The translations under genes and the position numbers were made by a program. This document shows, in pieces, positions 1 through 10,584 of a stretch of DNA of 64,000 nt; position 1 is the stretch's first letter; every line of letters starts with the position of its first letter. Under the pieces are notes generated by a model, which was given only the letters and a program-made list of their open reading frames with translations, was not told where the DNA came from and did no database searches. Origin of the DNA: Trypanosoma brucei (taxonomy: Eukaryota); the NCBI GenBank assembly GCA_000002445.1, contig CP000066.1, forward strand, positions 512,001 through 576,000, written 5' to 3'.

Positions 1-1163
1 AAGGGAGACAAATGTGAGACAAATTGTGTTTGTTTTTTTGTTTTTTTTTTAAAGGGGAGAAGGGGAAAGCAGGTGCTTGTGCTCGGGGGAGGGTTGTAGC
101 ACCGCACGTGAGGCTACGGCATCATACAGAGATCAAACAGTTCAATTGGTTACTCATTGCATTGCCCATACATATCAAAGTCACGCACGCCATCATCGCA
201 TGTATGCTTTGCCAAGAAGATGTACGCAACAACAAGGTGTTCCCCATGTGGCTGGAAGAAATAAATAAATAAAGTTGCAATACGCAGCACATACTAACAA
301 CTTGCAAACAAGCAGTATCTGTGCTCGCAAGTGTTAGAAAACAAACAAAGCAAGCCGTAAGAGCTCATTCCCAACACCATCTTGCGACACGTCCATTGAG
401 CCACATCAAACGCACCTGTGTGCACACACATATACACAAATACATATATTTATACTTATATATACGTATATGTATTCATTTCCTTGTGTAAACTGCACAA
501 CCACGATATCACTTCCCGTCAAAATCCTGAACATAAAGCGCCCAACCCCTCAAATGAAGGAGCAAACGCAATTCTTCCCTCTCCCCCTTTTTCTCCAGAC
601 ACTAGTTAATCCCCCATATTATATGAAATATTAAACACCACAATGATCTGGAGAAATAAAAAGGGAAAGACCAAATACAGAAAAGAAAGAAAGAAAGAGA
701 GGGGGAAAAAAAAGTAGAGACAGAGAAGAAAGAGGTACACCAAACGTACAGCAGCCATTTTTAGAAAACAAACCCACTCATTGTATCCGTTAAGAGTGCA
801 GGTGTGGCACCGTCCTCGAAACGGTCACAAGATAAAGGTACGTTTAGCGGATAAGAAGCATAATTCACACGCAATAGAAGGGGGGAGGGGTAAACTACGC
901 GAGTCGAAAAAAAAAAATGGTACGACAACGAAGGGCATAAAAGAGAGAGAAAGAGAAGTATCAGTGCACAAAAATTTACTACCATTATACGGTCAGCACA
1001 ACACAGAAGCAATAGAAGAGGGAAGAGGGAAAGTCACAGTGCTATTCCCTCATAAACTCCCCTCCTTTTCTTTCTTTTTTTAAAAAAAAAACATTTTTTT
1101 TCTTTTATTTTGCCTCCCACCCTTCTCCTATGGTTTTGGTCCCGTATGCACTGCCTGTCATAA

Positions 1164-1177
1164 GGGGGGGGGGGGGG
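1164..1177. repeat. G14 homopolymer
   Basis: taaggggggggggggggcac. Confidence 0.95.
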
Positions 1178-1440
1178 CACAAATCATTCCCCTTTTACGC
1201 CTCAACCTCCCAATTAGCGGCTACCACCACCCATTCCCGCTTCTTCGTTCATAATACACTCTCGAACGTCGCACACCCACATGCACATACACATCCCAGT
1301 AAAAAAAAAAAAAGAACAGAACGAAACAGAGGTTTGTATGAATAAAGCATGCACATGCACAGTCCTTTCTCTCTCTCTTTCTCTCTCTGTTCAAATGGAT
1401 GAACTACAGATGCTGAATAACCCTTCCCTTCCGTTCCCTT

Positions 1441-1462
1441 ATATATATATATATATATATAT
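1441..1462. repeat. (AT)11 microsatellite
   Basis: atatatatatatatatatatat. Confidence 0.95.
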
Positions 1463-1486
1463 AGTCACGCATACGCAACCGATACG

Positions 1487-1942
1487 CTACAAATCATAAT
1501 TACCTTCTTCATCTTGACGCTCACCAGATTGGAGAAATGCTGCCGCCCCCAACAGCGTCACTTGCGATCCCAATGATAACAGAAATGCACCGAGTGAACT
1601 GTAACCCGTGTGATAAAGCACAATGGAGAGAGAAGGTGCTGAAACGGCTAGGGCACCGCTAAGGAAGACGACAAATCCGTTTATTTCGCCATCGTCATCA
1701 AACGTACTTTCCGACCGCCCAAAAAACAAAAAGGGTAGTGGTGTAATAAACGACAGAAGTAATGAAAACAGCGGTAAGACGTTGCTACCTGCCACCACAG
1801 TACATGCAAGTATGGAAAGAACAACCGCAACCACAACCAGCGAGGCAGACAAAACTAATGGTAACAACGCAGCCATGATTTGTCCTACTATTTTTACGCC
1901 CCAACGAAAAAAAAAAAATTCCCCGCAATTTCTTTTTACCAC
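1487..1942 (-). CDS. Hypothetical small hydrophobic protein (151 aa) with multiple predicted transmembrane helices; may be spurious
   Basis: Track ORF on the same strand as all other genes; long hydrophobic stretches (LLPLVLSASLVVVAVVLSILACTVVAG; FLLSLGSQVTLLGAAAF); no catalytic motif recognised. Confidence 0.3.
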   Translation of the reverse strand: MVKRNCGEFFFFRWGVKIVGQIMAALLPLVLSASLVVVAVVLSILACTVVAGSNVLPLFSLLLSFITPLPFLFFGRSESTFDDDGEINGFVVFLSGALAVSAPSLSIVLYHTGYSSLGAFLLSLGSQVTLLGAAAFLQSGERQDEEGNYDL

Positions 1943-2145
1943 AATGAGGGTACTTTTCTCTTATTCAAACTATTGCTGCACCCTTTTGGCACCTGTGCTG
2001 CTCACTCTGTTTACCCAAAACTTTTTTTTTTTACCTGCAAGACAAAAAGAAAAGAAAGATGTTTAATCCAGGTAAAAAAAAAATAATAATAATATAATAT
2101 AATATATAAAATACTCCTAGCGTAAATACCCACACGACACCGAAA

Positions 2146-2168
2146 GTGTGTGTGTGTGTTTGTGTGTG
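2146..2168. repeat. (GT)n microsatellite
   Basis: gtgtgtgtgtgtgtttgtgtgtg. Confidence 0.95.
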
Positions 2169-3151
2169 ACGAGAAAGAAGATTTAGAGTGAGAATGGGGT
2201 GAAAAAGTGAAAGTGAAAAGTGAATGGTTGTGGAAGCAACAACAGGTTAAATTACCGAATGCATTTAATTACAGCTCAAAAGATGTGAATAGTGCTTCTC
2301 TCTGCAGCACTCAAAACTGCTCCCCAGTCCCTGTTGATGTTGGTTTACTGCGCTACATCTCAAGTGGAAGCATATGGAACATCAACAACAAATTAAAAGA
2401 AAAAAAAGAAAGAAAGGCAACACATTCGATTTGTATTAGGCAACGACGCGAACAACTTCACATAATGAGGTACTCCATGCAGTTGCACATGATGTTGTCT
2501 ACCGAAAACAGACTGCAGAGGCACTACACAACAGAAAGATAAAAGGTGGCATCAAATACGCTAGACCAAAAATAAATAAATTAATTAATTCCATGCACTT
2601 GAGTCACTTTCAATCTGTCACCAGTGCATAGGGGGTTTCAAAATGTCAACGGATTGCCAAAACTTTTTCCTTCAAGGTAATAATATGAGCCAACCACCGC
2701 GCCAAAAGGCAAGAGGAGGAAGCATTCATTTTTTCCTCATACGTGTGTGGCACCGTATAGGACACCTTCTTGGCGCCGTACCCAACTTCCTGTGTAAAAA
2801 AAAAAAAAAGACACTTAACCGAATATTATCAAGCGCGTAAACTGCGAAAGCAGCAACCGCCCCGGCAGCGGAATGGGTGGAAAGTTGGTTCCATCTTTTT
2901 TCACACGCCTCAGTAAACAATGACCGCAAGCACAAATAAACGAATTAGGGGCAGTATATCACTGGCTCACGCGTCAGTACAAAGTACATGCGGCTGCGGA
3001 ATCCCTTCAGTACATGAACAGTGGTTCCAGTGCTTGTAAACCTCCACTCGTCGTTTATTGCACACCGAATCCGCCAGCAAATGCTGCATTCCACCGGCTT
3101 GGGCTCCAGCAGGAATAAATGACAACACGATTGCAGAACCCTTCCACCTCC

Positions 3152-3589
3152 TCAACACGTCTCTCCTTTAGCCAATGCTACAACCTTTTCTCTAACCATC
3201 CGCACAAATGACATGCGCTCCTCCGTCGTCTGCAGCCTTTTCGCCGTCTTCGCTGCGCTGACGCACAATAGAAGTGGTCGTTGCTCACCTACTGATTGAA
3301 TGGCATGTGCAATGGCACTAGAAAGTATATTCGTCAGCGCATGATCCCGTACGCCTAACAGATACTCACACGGAAGTGAAGGTAAATTATTAAGACTCTC
3401 ACAACCCACACAAGGGCCGGCATCATGCGGGTCAAAGCGAAGCACTACACCAGGCACACATGTATCATCTTCCGTTACAAGGATCCAAACATAATCGGAG
3501 AAGCACTGCTGCGATATGTGCAACGTCGATGGTTCAGCTCCGTAAGTGAAGGAACACTGGCGAAAACATACGGGAGGTGGTCCTTCCAT
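3152..3589 (-). CDS. Hypothetical protein, 145 aa
   Basis: Minus-strand ORF in polycistron orientation, non-repetitive composition; no motif recognised. Confidence 0.4.
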   Translation of the reverse strand: MEGPPPVCFRQCSFTYGAEPSTLHISQQCFSDYVWILVTEDDTCVPGVVLRFDPHDAGPCVGCESLNNLPSLPCEYLLGVRDHALTNILSSAIAHAIQSVGEQRPLLLCVSAAKTAKRLQTTEERMSFVRMVREKVVALAKGETC

Positions 3590-4125
3590 TGTGCGTGTCC
3601 AAAAGTCAATATTCCTTTGCTCCGTGATGTTTATGTGAGAAGTGTGTCAGAGGTATAATTTTGGTAATTTTCCCTTCGTGTATGCTATTACTTCCCTTGC
3701 CTTCTGTCCCCTCCCTACCCTCAAGGGCCTTGGCAGGGTATAACAATAATGTGTATTCTACCCTTCAATTGCGAAACAATGCCAGGTGATGATTTCAATA
3801 TGTGAAAAAGAAAAAAAAAGCACATTTCTTAAAGAAACATCAAAAACATTTGCTTGAAATTCCGTTGAGTGGTAACAAAAACCAAGTGAGCACGCCAACG
3901 AAACGTAATGAAAAACAAGAGAGAGTGAGCATTACCGATAACAATCATAGCACCCCATGACACCGCTCGATGTGTCGGAGACCTCCCGCAAGATATCACC
4001 AACTCACGTCGAGTTATTGTGGCAGAAATCAACAACTTTCTGCGAAACGACACACCCCAAAATATGGGGTCCACAGATATCTTGCCTCCTTTATCTCTAG
4101 CCAACAAAACTACGGCACATACAAT

Positions 4126-4148
4126 CACACACACACACACACACACAT
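4126..4148. repeat. (CA)n microsatellite
   Basis: cacacacacacacacacacacat. Confidence 0.95.
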
Positions 4149-4165
4149 ACACGTGTACGGTTAGC

Positions 4166-5134
4166 TCATCTTCTCCTCCCCTCAAGTTTGTACTGCATAC
4201 CGCACCCTTTCGCATGGTTTTTAATGCGTTGAAGCACGTGATCAATCATGAGAGATTCCACGGAACCGTTTGGAGACCGGTGCAGGAGTGTTGGGTTTTG
4301 CTCCTCTCCGTTCCAAAATACCAGCACCCGTTCCCGATAATTTTGCAGCATGTTGGCCACAACAGCGTCGCAACGGTAAAGTCCAAGATTCCTAAGTGCC
4401 TTGGCTTTGAGTTGTTCTTCCTCAGTTTCAAGTTTGAATGTGATGAGATATCGCGGGGCGGCACGGCTCGACCCATGCCACTCCTCACTAATGAGGTCAA
4501 GTATTTTGGGTACGTTGTTAAATTGAATAGTTAGCCCATCTCCGCCACTCATTTTATGGTGCGATAGGCGGCTTTCTGGGATGTAGTAATCCGATACAGC
4601 AGCAGCAGCCAAAAGCATCATCGGTGTTTGGCGTAAACATTCTGCCCTATGGCTAAGCGTCCCTGTGAGTAACGAGAAAAGATACAAATACTCTACTACT
4701 GTGTAATATGGTATTTCAAGGAAACGACTTTTATACTTGGTGTAAGCCTCTATGGCTGCACTGACGTCGCAAGACTTCTGTGGTGCATTCAACTCTGCAA
4801 AAAACTGCTCGGTGGTCATGTTGTCGACGAGACGGCGGAAGGGGAGCTGAGAAGTCTTGCTTCGAAGAAGAATGCATGCCCAACCGCGAGCCAGTAGCTC
4901 TTCTACAAGCACAGCCCCGCGCCCACCAGAACTGAAATTAGTGACAAAACGTACGGCGTGTACCTCCAGTGGAACTGCCGTGCCACCACTCGTAATGAAA
5001 GCCACACCTTCACAACCGTCACGGTTGACGCGCTGAGCGAACTCAAGGGTTTTTGCCTCCCACTGATTGAGGTCGCTCCTTCCCTCTTCTGTCAGGTTTT
5101 CGGTAAAGAAGCGGCTCAGTCCCTCGGCACTCAT
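4166..5134 (-). CDS. PPCS: Phosphopantothenate-cysteine ligase (phosphopantothenoylcysteine synthetase, CoaB/DFP-like)
   Basis: Motifs VAFITSGGTAVPLE and VRFVTNFSSGGRGA match the conserved nucleotide-binding and DNFSSG signature of PPC synthetases; 322 aa is a typical eukaryotic PPCS length. Confidence 0.75.
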   Translation of the reverse strand: MSAEGLSRFFTENLTEEGRSDLNQWEAKTLEFAQRVNRDGCEGVAFITSGGTAVPLEVHAVRFVTNFSSGGRGAVLVEELLARGWACILLRSKTSQLPFRRLVDNMTTEQFFAELNAPQKSCDVSAAIEAYTKYKSRFLEIPYYTVVEYLYLFSLLTGTLSHRAECLRQTPMMLLAAAAVSDYYIPESRLSHHKMSGGDGLTIQFNNVPKILDLISEEWHGSSRAAPRYLITFKLETEEEQLKAKALRNLGLYRCDAVVANMLQNYRERVLVFWNGEEQNPTLLHRSPNGSVESLMIDHVLQRIKNHAKGCGMQYKLEGRRR

Positions 5135-5195
5135 AACGTGAAGATTTTTTAAAAAGAGCGGTATCTTCCACTTTTAGACGCTCTTATTTCCTCTT

Positions 5196-5217
5196 TATAT
5201 ATATATATATATATATT
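5196..5217. repeat. (TA)11 microsatellite immediately upstream (minus-strand sense) of PPCS start
   Basis: tatatatatatatatatatata. Confidence 0.95.
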
Positions 5218-5472
5218 GATCAAGGTGGGGGACACTGCTGGCGCGCGGATTCTCCTTTTGCACCTTCCCTTCGTATCCCTCGAAATATTTCTGCAAAACG
5301 ATGAGAAATGCAAGCACCTGAAATGAAACCACATATAATATATTGTTCAGTGGCAAAAGCACCCTTTTGGCGCTCTGAACGGTGGAGAGGGCAACAAACA
5401 TATTTGGAGTGTGTGCGCAAAGGGGGAAGTTGAACAAAGAGAAGCACAAAATTTAAAACTTACAACTCCACG

Positions 5473-6414
5473 TCACGGAAAAACAGACGAAGCCGAAGTA
5501 ATCTCCTCCTGCAACTCATCCATCTTCTCCTGTAGTTGCTGTCGTAACCGTAGTTTAGAACGCCAGAGCGGCATAACCGCAGCGTTAAATGTGGCACACC
5601 GCTTCTTCACCTCACCAGGTGAGTATGTAGCGACAACCCCAGACTTGTGATGAAATGGAACAAGCAAATCTCCCGGTTCGCTATCAGCGCCGTTGCTTGT
5701 ACATCCGTCGCCGCCAGTTTGATCGCCCTCACATTCATCGTCACTCGAAGATGGGAAAAAGTCGTCCCTGCATGTCACGTAATTAAGCACGCTCTGTGCT
5801 TGGAGTGGAATTATACGTTGTAACTCGCACAACTGGCGGTCATGGAGGCTGGCGCAGATCACTTCGCTACTGTTATTCCTCTCTCCATTAGCCACAGTAG
5901 ATTTCTCATTTTCGCTAACATCAGCCGTTCCCTGCACCTCTTTTGAGCCGTTTTCTACGCCTGAATTTTCCGCCTCTTCATTAGCAGCGGTTTGACACAT
6001 ATCTGTCTGTGAAGTGCTGGAATGAAGAGGTAGTGCAGTGCAGTGCTGAACAACAAGCTGCGCAAACTGCACAGAAATGTTGTAGTGCCGTTGCTCAAGC
6101 TCCTGAAGTTCATCGATCCACACGCAAAGGAACCGGCAAGCATCGTCCGTCGAATCTCTACACAAGCATTGCAGTTCCCGAAACGATAAGCTGACGCACC
6201 GAAAGGCTGCTATAATGCTGTTGTTAACTGCCGTTTCAAAGTCTGAGGCACTTAAGGCGCCACCCAATGCACAGTGAAACTTTGCATCCCACAGTCTATA
6301 CGTTTCGCAGCGAGTGTGTTGCAGCTGCAGAGCCTTCGAAAGCAACTCGGCACCCGTAGACATCAAAACGGCGAAATTTCTAAAATTCAGAAGTGGAACA
6401 GGCGCGGGGATCAA
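5473..6414 (-). CDS. Hypothetical protein, 313 aa, acidic/Ser-rich centre, C-terminal coiled-coil-like segment
   Basis: Long minus-strand ORF; no recognisable domain. Confidence 0.5.
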   Translation of the reverse strand: MIPAPVPLLNFRNFAVLMSTGAELLSKALQLQHTRCETYRLWDAKFHCALGGALSASDFETAVNNSIIAAFRCVSLSFRELQCLCRDSTDDACRFLCVWIDELQELEQRHYNISVQFAQLVVQHCTALPLHSSTSQTDMCQTAANEEAENSGVENGSKEVQGTADVSENEKSTVANGERNNSSEVICASLHDRQLCELQRIIPLQAQSVLNYVTCRDDFFPSSSDDECEGDQTGGDGCTSNGADSEPGDLLVPFHHKSGVVATYSPGEVKKRCATFNAAVMPLWRSKLRLRQQLQEKMDELQEEITSASSVFP

Positions 6415-7225
6415 AGGTTGAACTATCAGTAGTTCTTTTTTCCCTCCCTCCTTCTCAGTCCCCTCGCGTCCTTAGTCCAGTGCCCACGGCTACTTCAAAG
6501 ATGAAGGGGAAAAAACAAAGAGGAGGAGTGGTTGGTTAAGAGAAAAGTAAAGTTGGTACCTAATGGGTAAATATAGTGCCGGCATGCTCCACAGTAATAA
6601 TGGCATGTTGCCAAATAAGAAAAAAGTAGTCAAAACTCACCACTACATGGCACACGTAAACGAAGGGAAGGTAGTATACATGCATGGCACATCAAGGTGC
6701 AACAATTTGATCCCTTTCCTTCTTTTCTTTTATTTTCATTTTTGACTGTTCAGACACCGCACTAGAAGCCAACAAAAACAAAAAAGGATTTCTGCCGCCT
6801 CACCCTACTGAAATCCAGCAACAGATGTTTTACAAAGAGAGACATGCAATTTTTTTTTCTGTATGCCCCACAAACATATATATATATATACGCCAAAAGA
6901 ATGTCCAAAGATCAGTCACAATGCAATGACGCGACAAAACAGAAAAAAGGAAAGGAAAGTGAAATCGGGTTGAAATCTAAAGAGTAAAATGGAATACGTC
7001 ATGGGGTAAATATCGCCGTCAAATCCTTCAACTGAAGGCCCAGCGCAGAACACAAAGGCGAACACACAATGACAAGACGGAATTCTTAAATAAATAAAAG
7101 AGAAAAAAAAAGGACATCAAACCTTCACTCCTGATTCATATGCCTCGTCTCCCCCCCCCAAAAAAAAAAAACCTCCTCACCCTTCCGAGAATAAACAGAT
7201 AAATCCTCCTTCGGATCGTCACCAA

Positions 7226-8671
7226 TTACAAGATGCCATTACTCATCCACTCTAGTTGTGCCTTTACATCATCACATACAATTGGCACATATCCGCGTCC
7301 TCCCCCCGCATGCTTGAGATAATGTTCACCGAGTGCAAAGCCTAGAGCCACGCGGGCCTGATCGGTTAGGTCGCTGTTGTTTAACTTTCGAGCCGCCCCA
7401 AAGTTAGCACGATAACTCATGAGAGCCTTTTCATGATCACCGCTACTGTCGTACGCCTGACCTAGTTGCATTGTTGCTCGGTAAACGCCCTCTATATCAG
7501 CTGCCTTCTCAGAGAGTTCCAATGCGCATTGCAAGGAATGTACAGCTTCGTCTGTCATATTCATGCGCTCCTGCATGCTCGCAACACACAAAGAGGCCCG
7601 CTTCTCACGCTCAACAAGGTTCGCCGCCCTCGCAACTTCAAAGAACCGTTTCTGGTATTCTAGTGCCCTCCGGAAGTCACCCATGCTTTCGTAAATGTTG
7701 CCAAGTGCGTGCAATGAGTCGGCCTCATCCTTCGAACTCTTAACACGTTGCGACATATCCAGCGCCCGCTCAAGGAAACTGATAGCTTCCTTTGGATTTG
7801 TATCCTTCAACTCCGCACTAAGACTCAAGTAAGTACGTATCAGGCGATAATTGGCCTCTACCGCCGTCTCAACGTCATTTAGTGCCATGGCAAGGTGGTA
7901 CACCTCTTCGAATAAAGCAATTGCCTTCCTGAGTTGCTTGTGCCTCTCAAAGAACGCACCAAACGACAAACGCACCTCCTGCTCAAGTGGGCGGTCCAGC
8001 GATTCCATCGCAATGCGAAGCGCCACGTCATAATGCCACGCGGCCTCGTCACAATCCCGCTCACTTTCGAAATAATCCGCAAGCAATTGGCAACGCTCGC
8101 ATACATCACGAAACTCACTCTGTCTCCTTAACACCTCCACAGCAGCCAGTTGACTCTTCACCCACACTAATTTTTCGTCAGGAATTGTGAAGAGGGTCTG
8201 TGCGAGTTGATCAACGCACACCGGATCCCTGTGTGAAAGGTGAAAGAGATGAATAAATGTGTTTACACATCCCTCTGCTAATGCATCAACGCACAGATGA
8301 AAACGGACCGAGTCCTTTTCACTTTGTGCCACCACAACCGACGCGCAGTTAACGCCCCCGGCAGCGGTGGAAAATCCATCTTTGATAGAGGAGGTTGTGT
8401 TATCGGGCTGACCATGTCGGGTTGTTCCAATACCAAAGGATGACACCACAAGTGCATCGCGCTGCTGCTGCGAAATAAGTGAATCTCTCTGCAACCTTGT
8501 ACGTGTTATCAACTTACCTGATCCGGGTTGGGACGGTTTCACTGGTACCAGGGCCATGTGATTCGAGTCGGGTTTTGCACCCTTACACGCTGACTTTTCG
8601 GGCGAGGGAATGGGGGGAGTTAACTCTTTTAGTGTTACAGTTTTCGTTTTCACAGGCCCAACACTAGCCAT
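7226..8671 (-). CDS. TPR-repeat protein (481 aa)
   Basis: C-terminal half contains repeated 34-aa-like units with the W/LG/Y...A...F...A pattern (ALGNIYESMGDFRRALEYQKRFFEVA; MQLGQAYDSSGDHEKALMSYRANFGAARKL); low-complexity Ser/Pro N-terminus. Confidence 0.6.
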   Translation of the reverse strand: MASVGPVKTKTVTLKELTPPIPSPEKSACKGAKPDSNHMALVPVKPSQPGSGKLITRTRLQRDSLISQQQRDALVVSSFGIGTTRHGQPDNTTSSIKDGFSTAAGGVNCASVVVAQSEKDSVRFHLCVDALAEGCVNTFIHLFHLSHRDPVCVDQLAQTLFTIPDEKLVWVKSQLAAVEVLRRQSEFRDVCERCQLLADYFESERDCDEAAWHYDVALRIAMESLDRPLEQEVRLSFGAFFERHKQLRKAIALFEEVYHLAMALNDVETAVEANYRLIRTYLSLSAELKDTNPKEAISFLERALDMSQRVKSSKDEADSLHALGNIYESMGDFRRALEYQKRFFEVARAANLVEREKRASLCVASMQERMNMTDEAVHSLQCALELSEKAADIEGVYRATMQLGQAYDSSGDHEKALMSYRANFGAARKLNNSDLTDQARVALGFALGEHYLKHAGGGRGYVPIVCDDVKAQLEWMSNGIL

Positions 8672-9497
8672 TTCGACAGCAGGTCACACACCCAATCAAC
8701 CAAGGTGATATTCTAATATTTAAAGAAATGTGGTGGATTCTACTGTTCGTGTGCTCTCTCTTTTTCGAATATCTTGTTAACTTCTACTAGTTGCAAGTAA
8801 CTAGGGAGTTACGCAGCTCCTGTATTCCGTTGCCCGTTTGGGGGGGAACAGCAAACGTGAATTTTTACAGTACACGCGTCAGTGGTTTCAGGCTGTGGGA
8901 GTAAGAGTAAGCAACGAGGAAAATTGTAAGGAGTAACACAAATAGCTTGGGCGGGTTGTAAGAATCGGGCGATGAGTTACACGTAACATATAGGTCGTCG
9001 GATCATTGAGGAAACACAGTTTCTCTGCAATCAGGTAGTTTACAGCAGTGCACCACCCATCACCACACCTAAGGCGCAATGCAGGGTTCCCCAACAAAAA
9101 TGGCATACACACACTCGCACACAACGAAAAGGCAGAGAAAAATAAAGAAGATAAACATAGCAGCGGGCGAACCTCAACAAAATAAAGCGGAACATATTTC
9201 TGAACAACATCCGGGGATATTCCATCAGCCGCTTCTCCAACATCAACTACAGATCGCAGCACTGGGTGCAACCCATGCATAGCGTAATGTCCTGTAACTT
9301 GTCAGATTGACGCGCTGGTACATCCAAACAGCAGCTAAGTGAGGGCACATGTCTGGCGGGGACAACCCGATAACCACAAATATAGATGTGAACGTACAAC
9401 CACTAATATTGTCGTGTCTTGCACAGGGCACCCGTGCACACCACAGCGCGAAGAAGAAAACAAAGCGAAACATGCAGGCCACTGAACCCCAACCATG

Positions 9498-10151
9498 TCA
9501 TTGGCGAGCAGCAGACGATCCTGGGTAACCTTCGTCTGACTTGTTGGGCATAGCAGCCTTTGCCGCCTCCTCCCGAAATCGTTTGCGCAAAGTTTGCATA
9601 CTTGCTATACCATTTGGAGTAACGGTATTCGCTAGACCTAACAAAGCCGAGCATCGAACGGTAAAACCCTCATCGCCATAACCTTCAAGAACACCACCTC
9701 GCGAGGTGGCAAGAGGTGGTGGATCCGTTGGTAAATCTGGAAGTCGCCCTCCTCTATCCCAGTTCCTGTTTGTTAAGCGATACAAGAGGACTCTGATGTA
9801 GTGCCTTTCATATGCCGTGGCTTCGATGCGGAGTTTCATTAATGCCGCTATATCCTCTGCCTCTCCCTTTTGTTTCCGCTCTGGAAACTCATTTTTGATG
9901 CCTTGTGAGGCACCGCCGGTATTAGATTGTTTGGGACAGTACTCGACGAAGCAAATGCCTCTACTGCTGCCATTAGCTGGGTTGGTGTAAAGACGAACCG
10001 TCAGTGGGGCAATGTTTGACGGATGAATTTCCGTCAGATACTTCCGTACCTGCCCCTCTGTGACGTACCATGGGAAACCGGAAAGAATGAGTACATCGGC
10101 TGTACCACGGCATGCCGACGTGTGCTCTATCAACCGCGGCTTCTCATCCAT
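9498..10151 (-). CDS. Small protein with putative RRM-like fold (217 aa)
   Basis: VLILSGFPWYV (RNP2-like) ... SSRGICFVEY (RNP1-like) spaced about 40 aa apart; Gly/Pro-rich C-terminus; weak. Confidence 0.4.
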   Translation of the reverse strand: MDEKPRLIEHTSACRGTADVLILSGFPWYVTEGQVRKYLTEIHPSNIAPLTVRLYTNPANGSSRGICFVEYCPKQSNTGGASQGIKNEFPERKQKGEAEDIAALMKLRIEATAYERHYIRVLLYRLTNRNWDRGGRLPDLPTDPPPLATSRGGVLEGYGDEGFTVRCSALLGLANTVTPNGIASMQTLRKRFREEAAKAAMPNKSDEGYPGSSAARQ

Positions 10152-10584
10152 ATGGTGTAGCGGTAGAGCACCACTGACGCAATTTCACCAATGTCGCTTC
10201 TACCTGTAATTTGCGTCCGACATCACAGGGGTGAAAGTTTGATTAGAATAGACAAAGTACGAGAAGGATTTAAAAAAAACAAAACAAGAATGGTTGAAGT
10301 GTGAGTAATCTCGAAGAAGGCAAAAGGCACATGGAACTTTTTCAAAATGTTTTGGACTAGCAACCAAACCTACCGCACGCTGCGCAGATAGCCACGCACC
10401 CTTTCACCATCTCTGTGGAAAGCCAGTTAATCAACTGCCTGGGGGGCTTAGTTTAGGTGTGTAAAGTTGTGAAGAGTTTGACGGTACCTTAAACCATGGC
10501 GACCGCAAATCACAGATGCATCTCTCCCTCCAGTACTCAGAGCCTCTACTCACATAAAGTTGTACACGGTTATGCCCACCTGAA

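Noticed and set aside
2470-2530. C-box-like AUGAUGU motifs (also at 22185-22215) suggesting C/D snoRNA
   Set aside because: On the plus strand (opposite to transcription), no properly spaced CUGA D box or terminal stem; cannot support by eye
3425-4534. Plus-strand ORFs 3425..3658, 4019..4534 (171 aa)
   Set aside because: Overlap minus-strand CDS or contain (CA)n-derived HTHTHTH low-complexity; wrong orientation for the array
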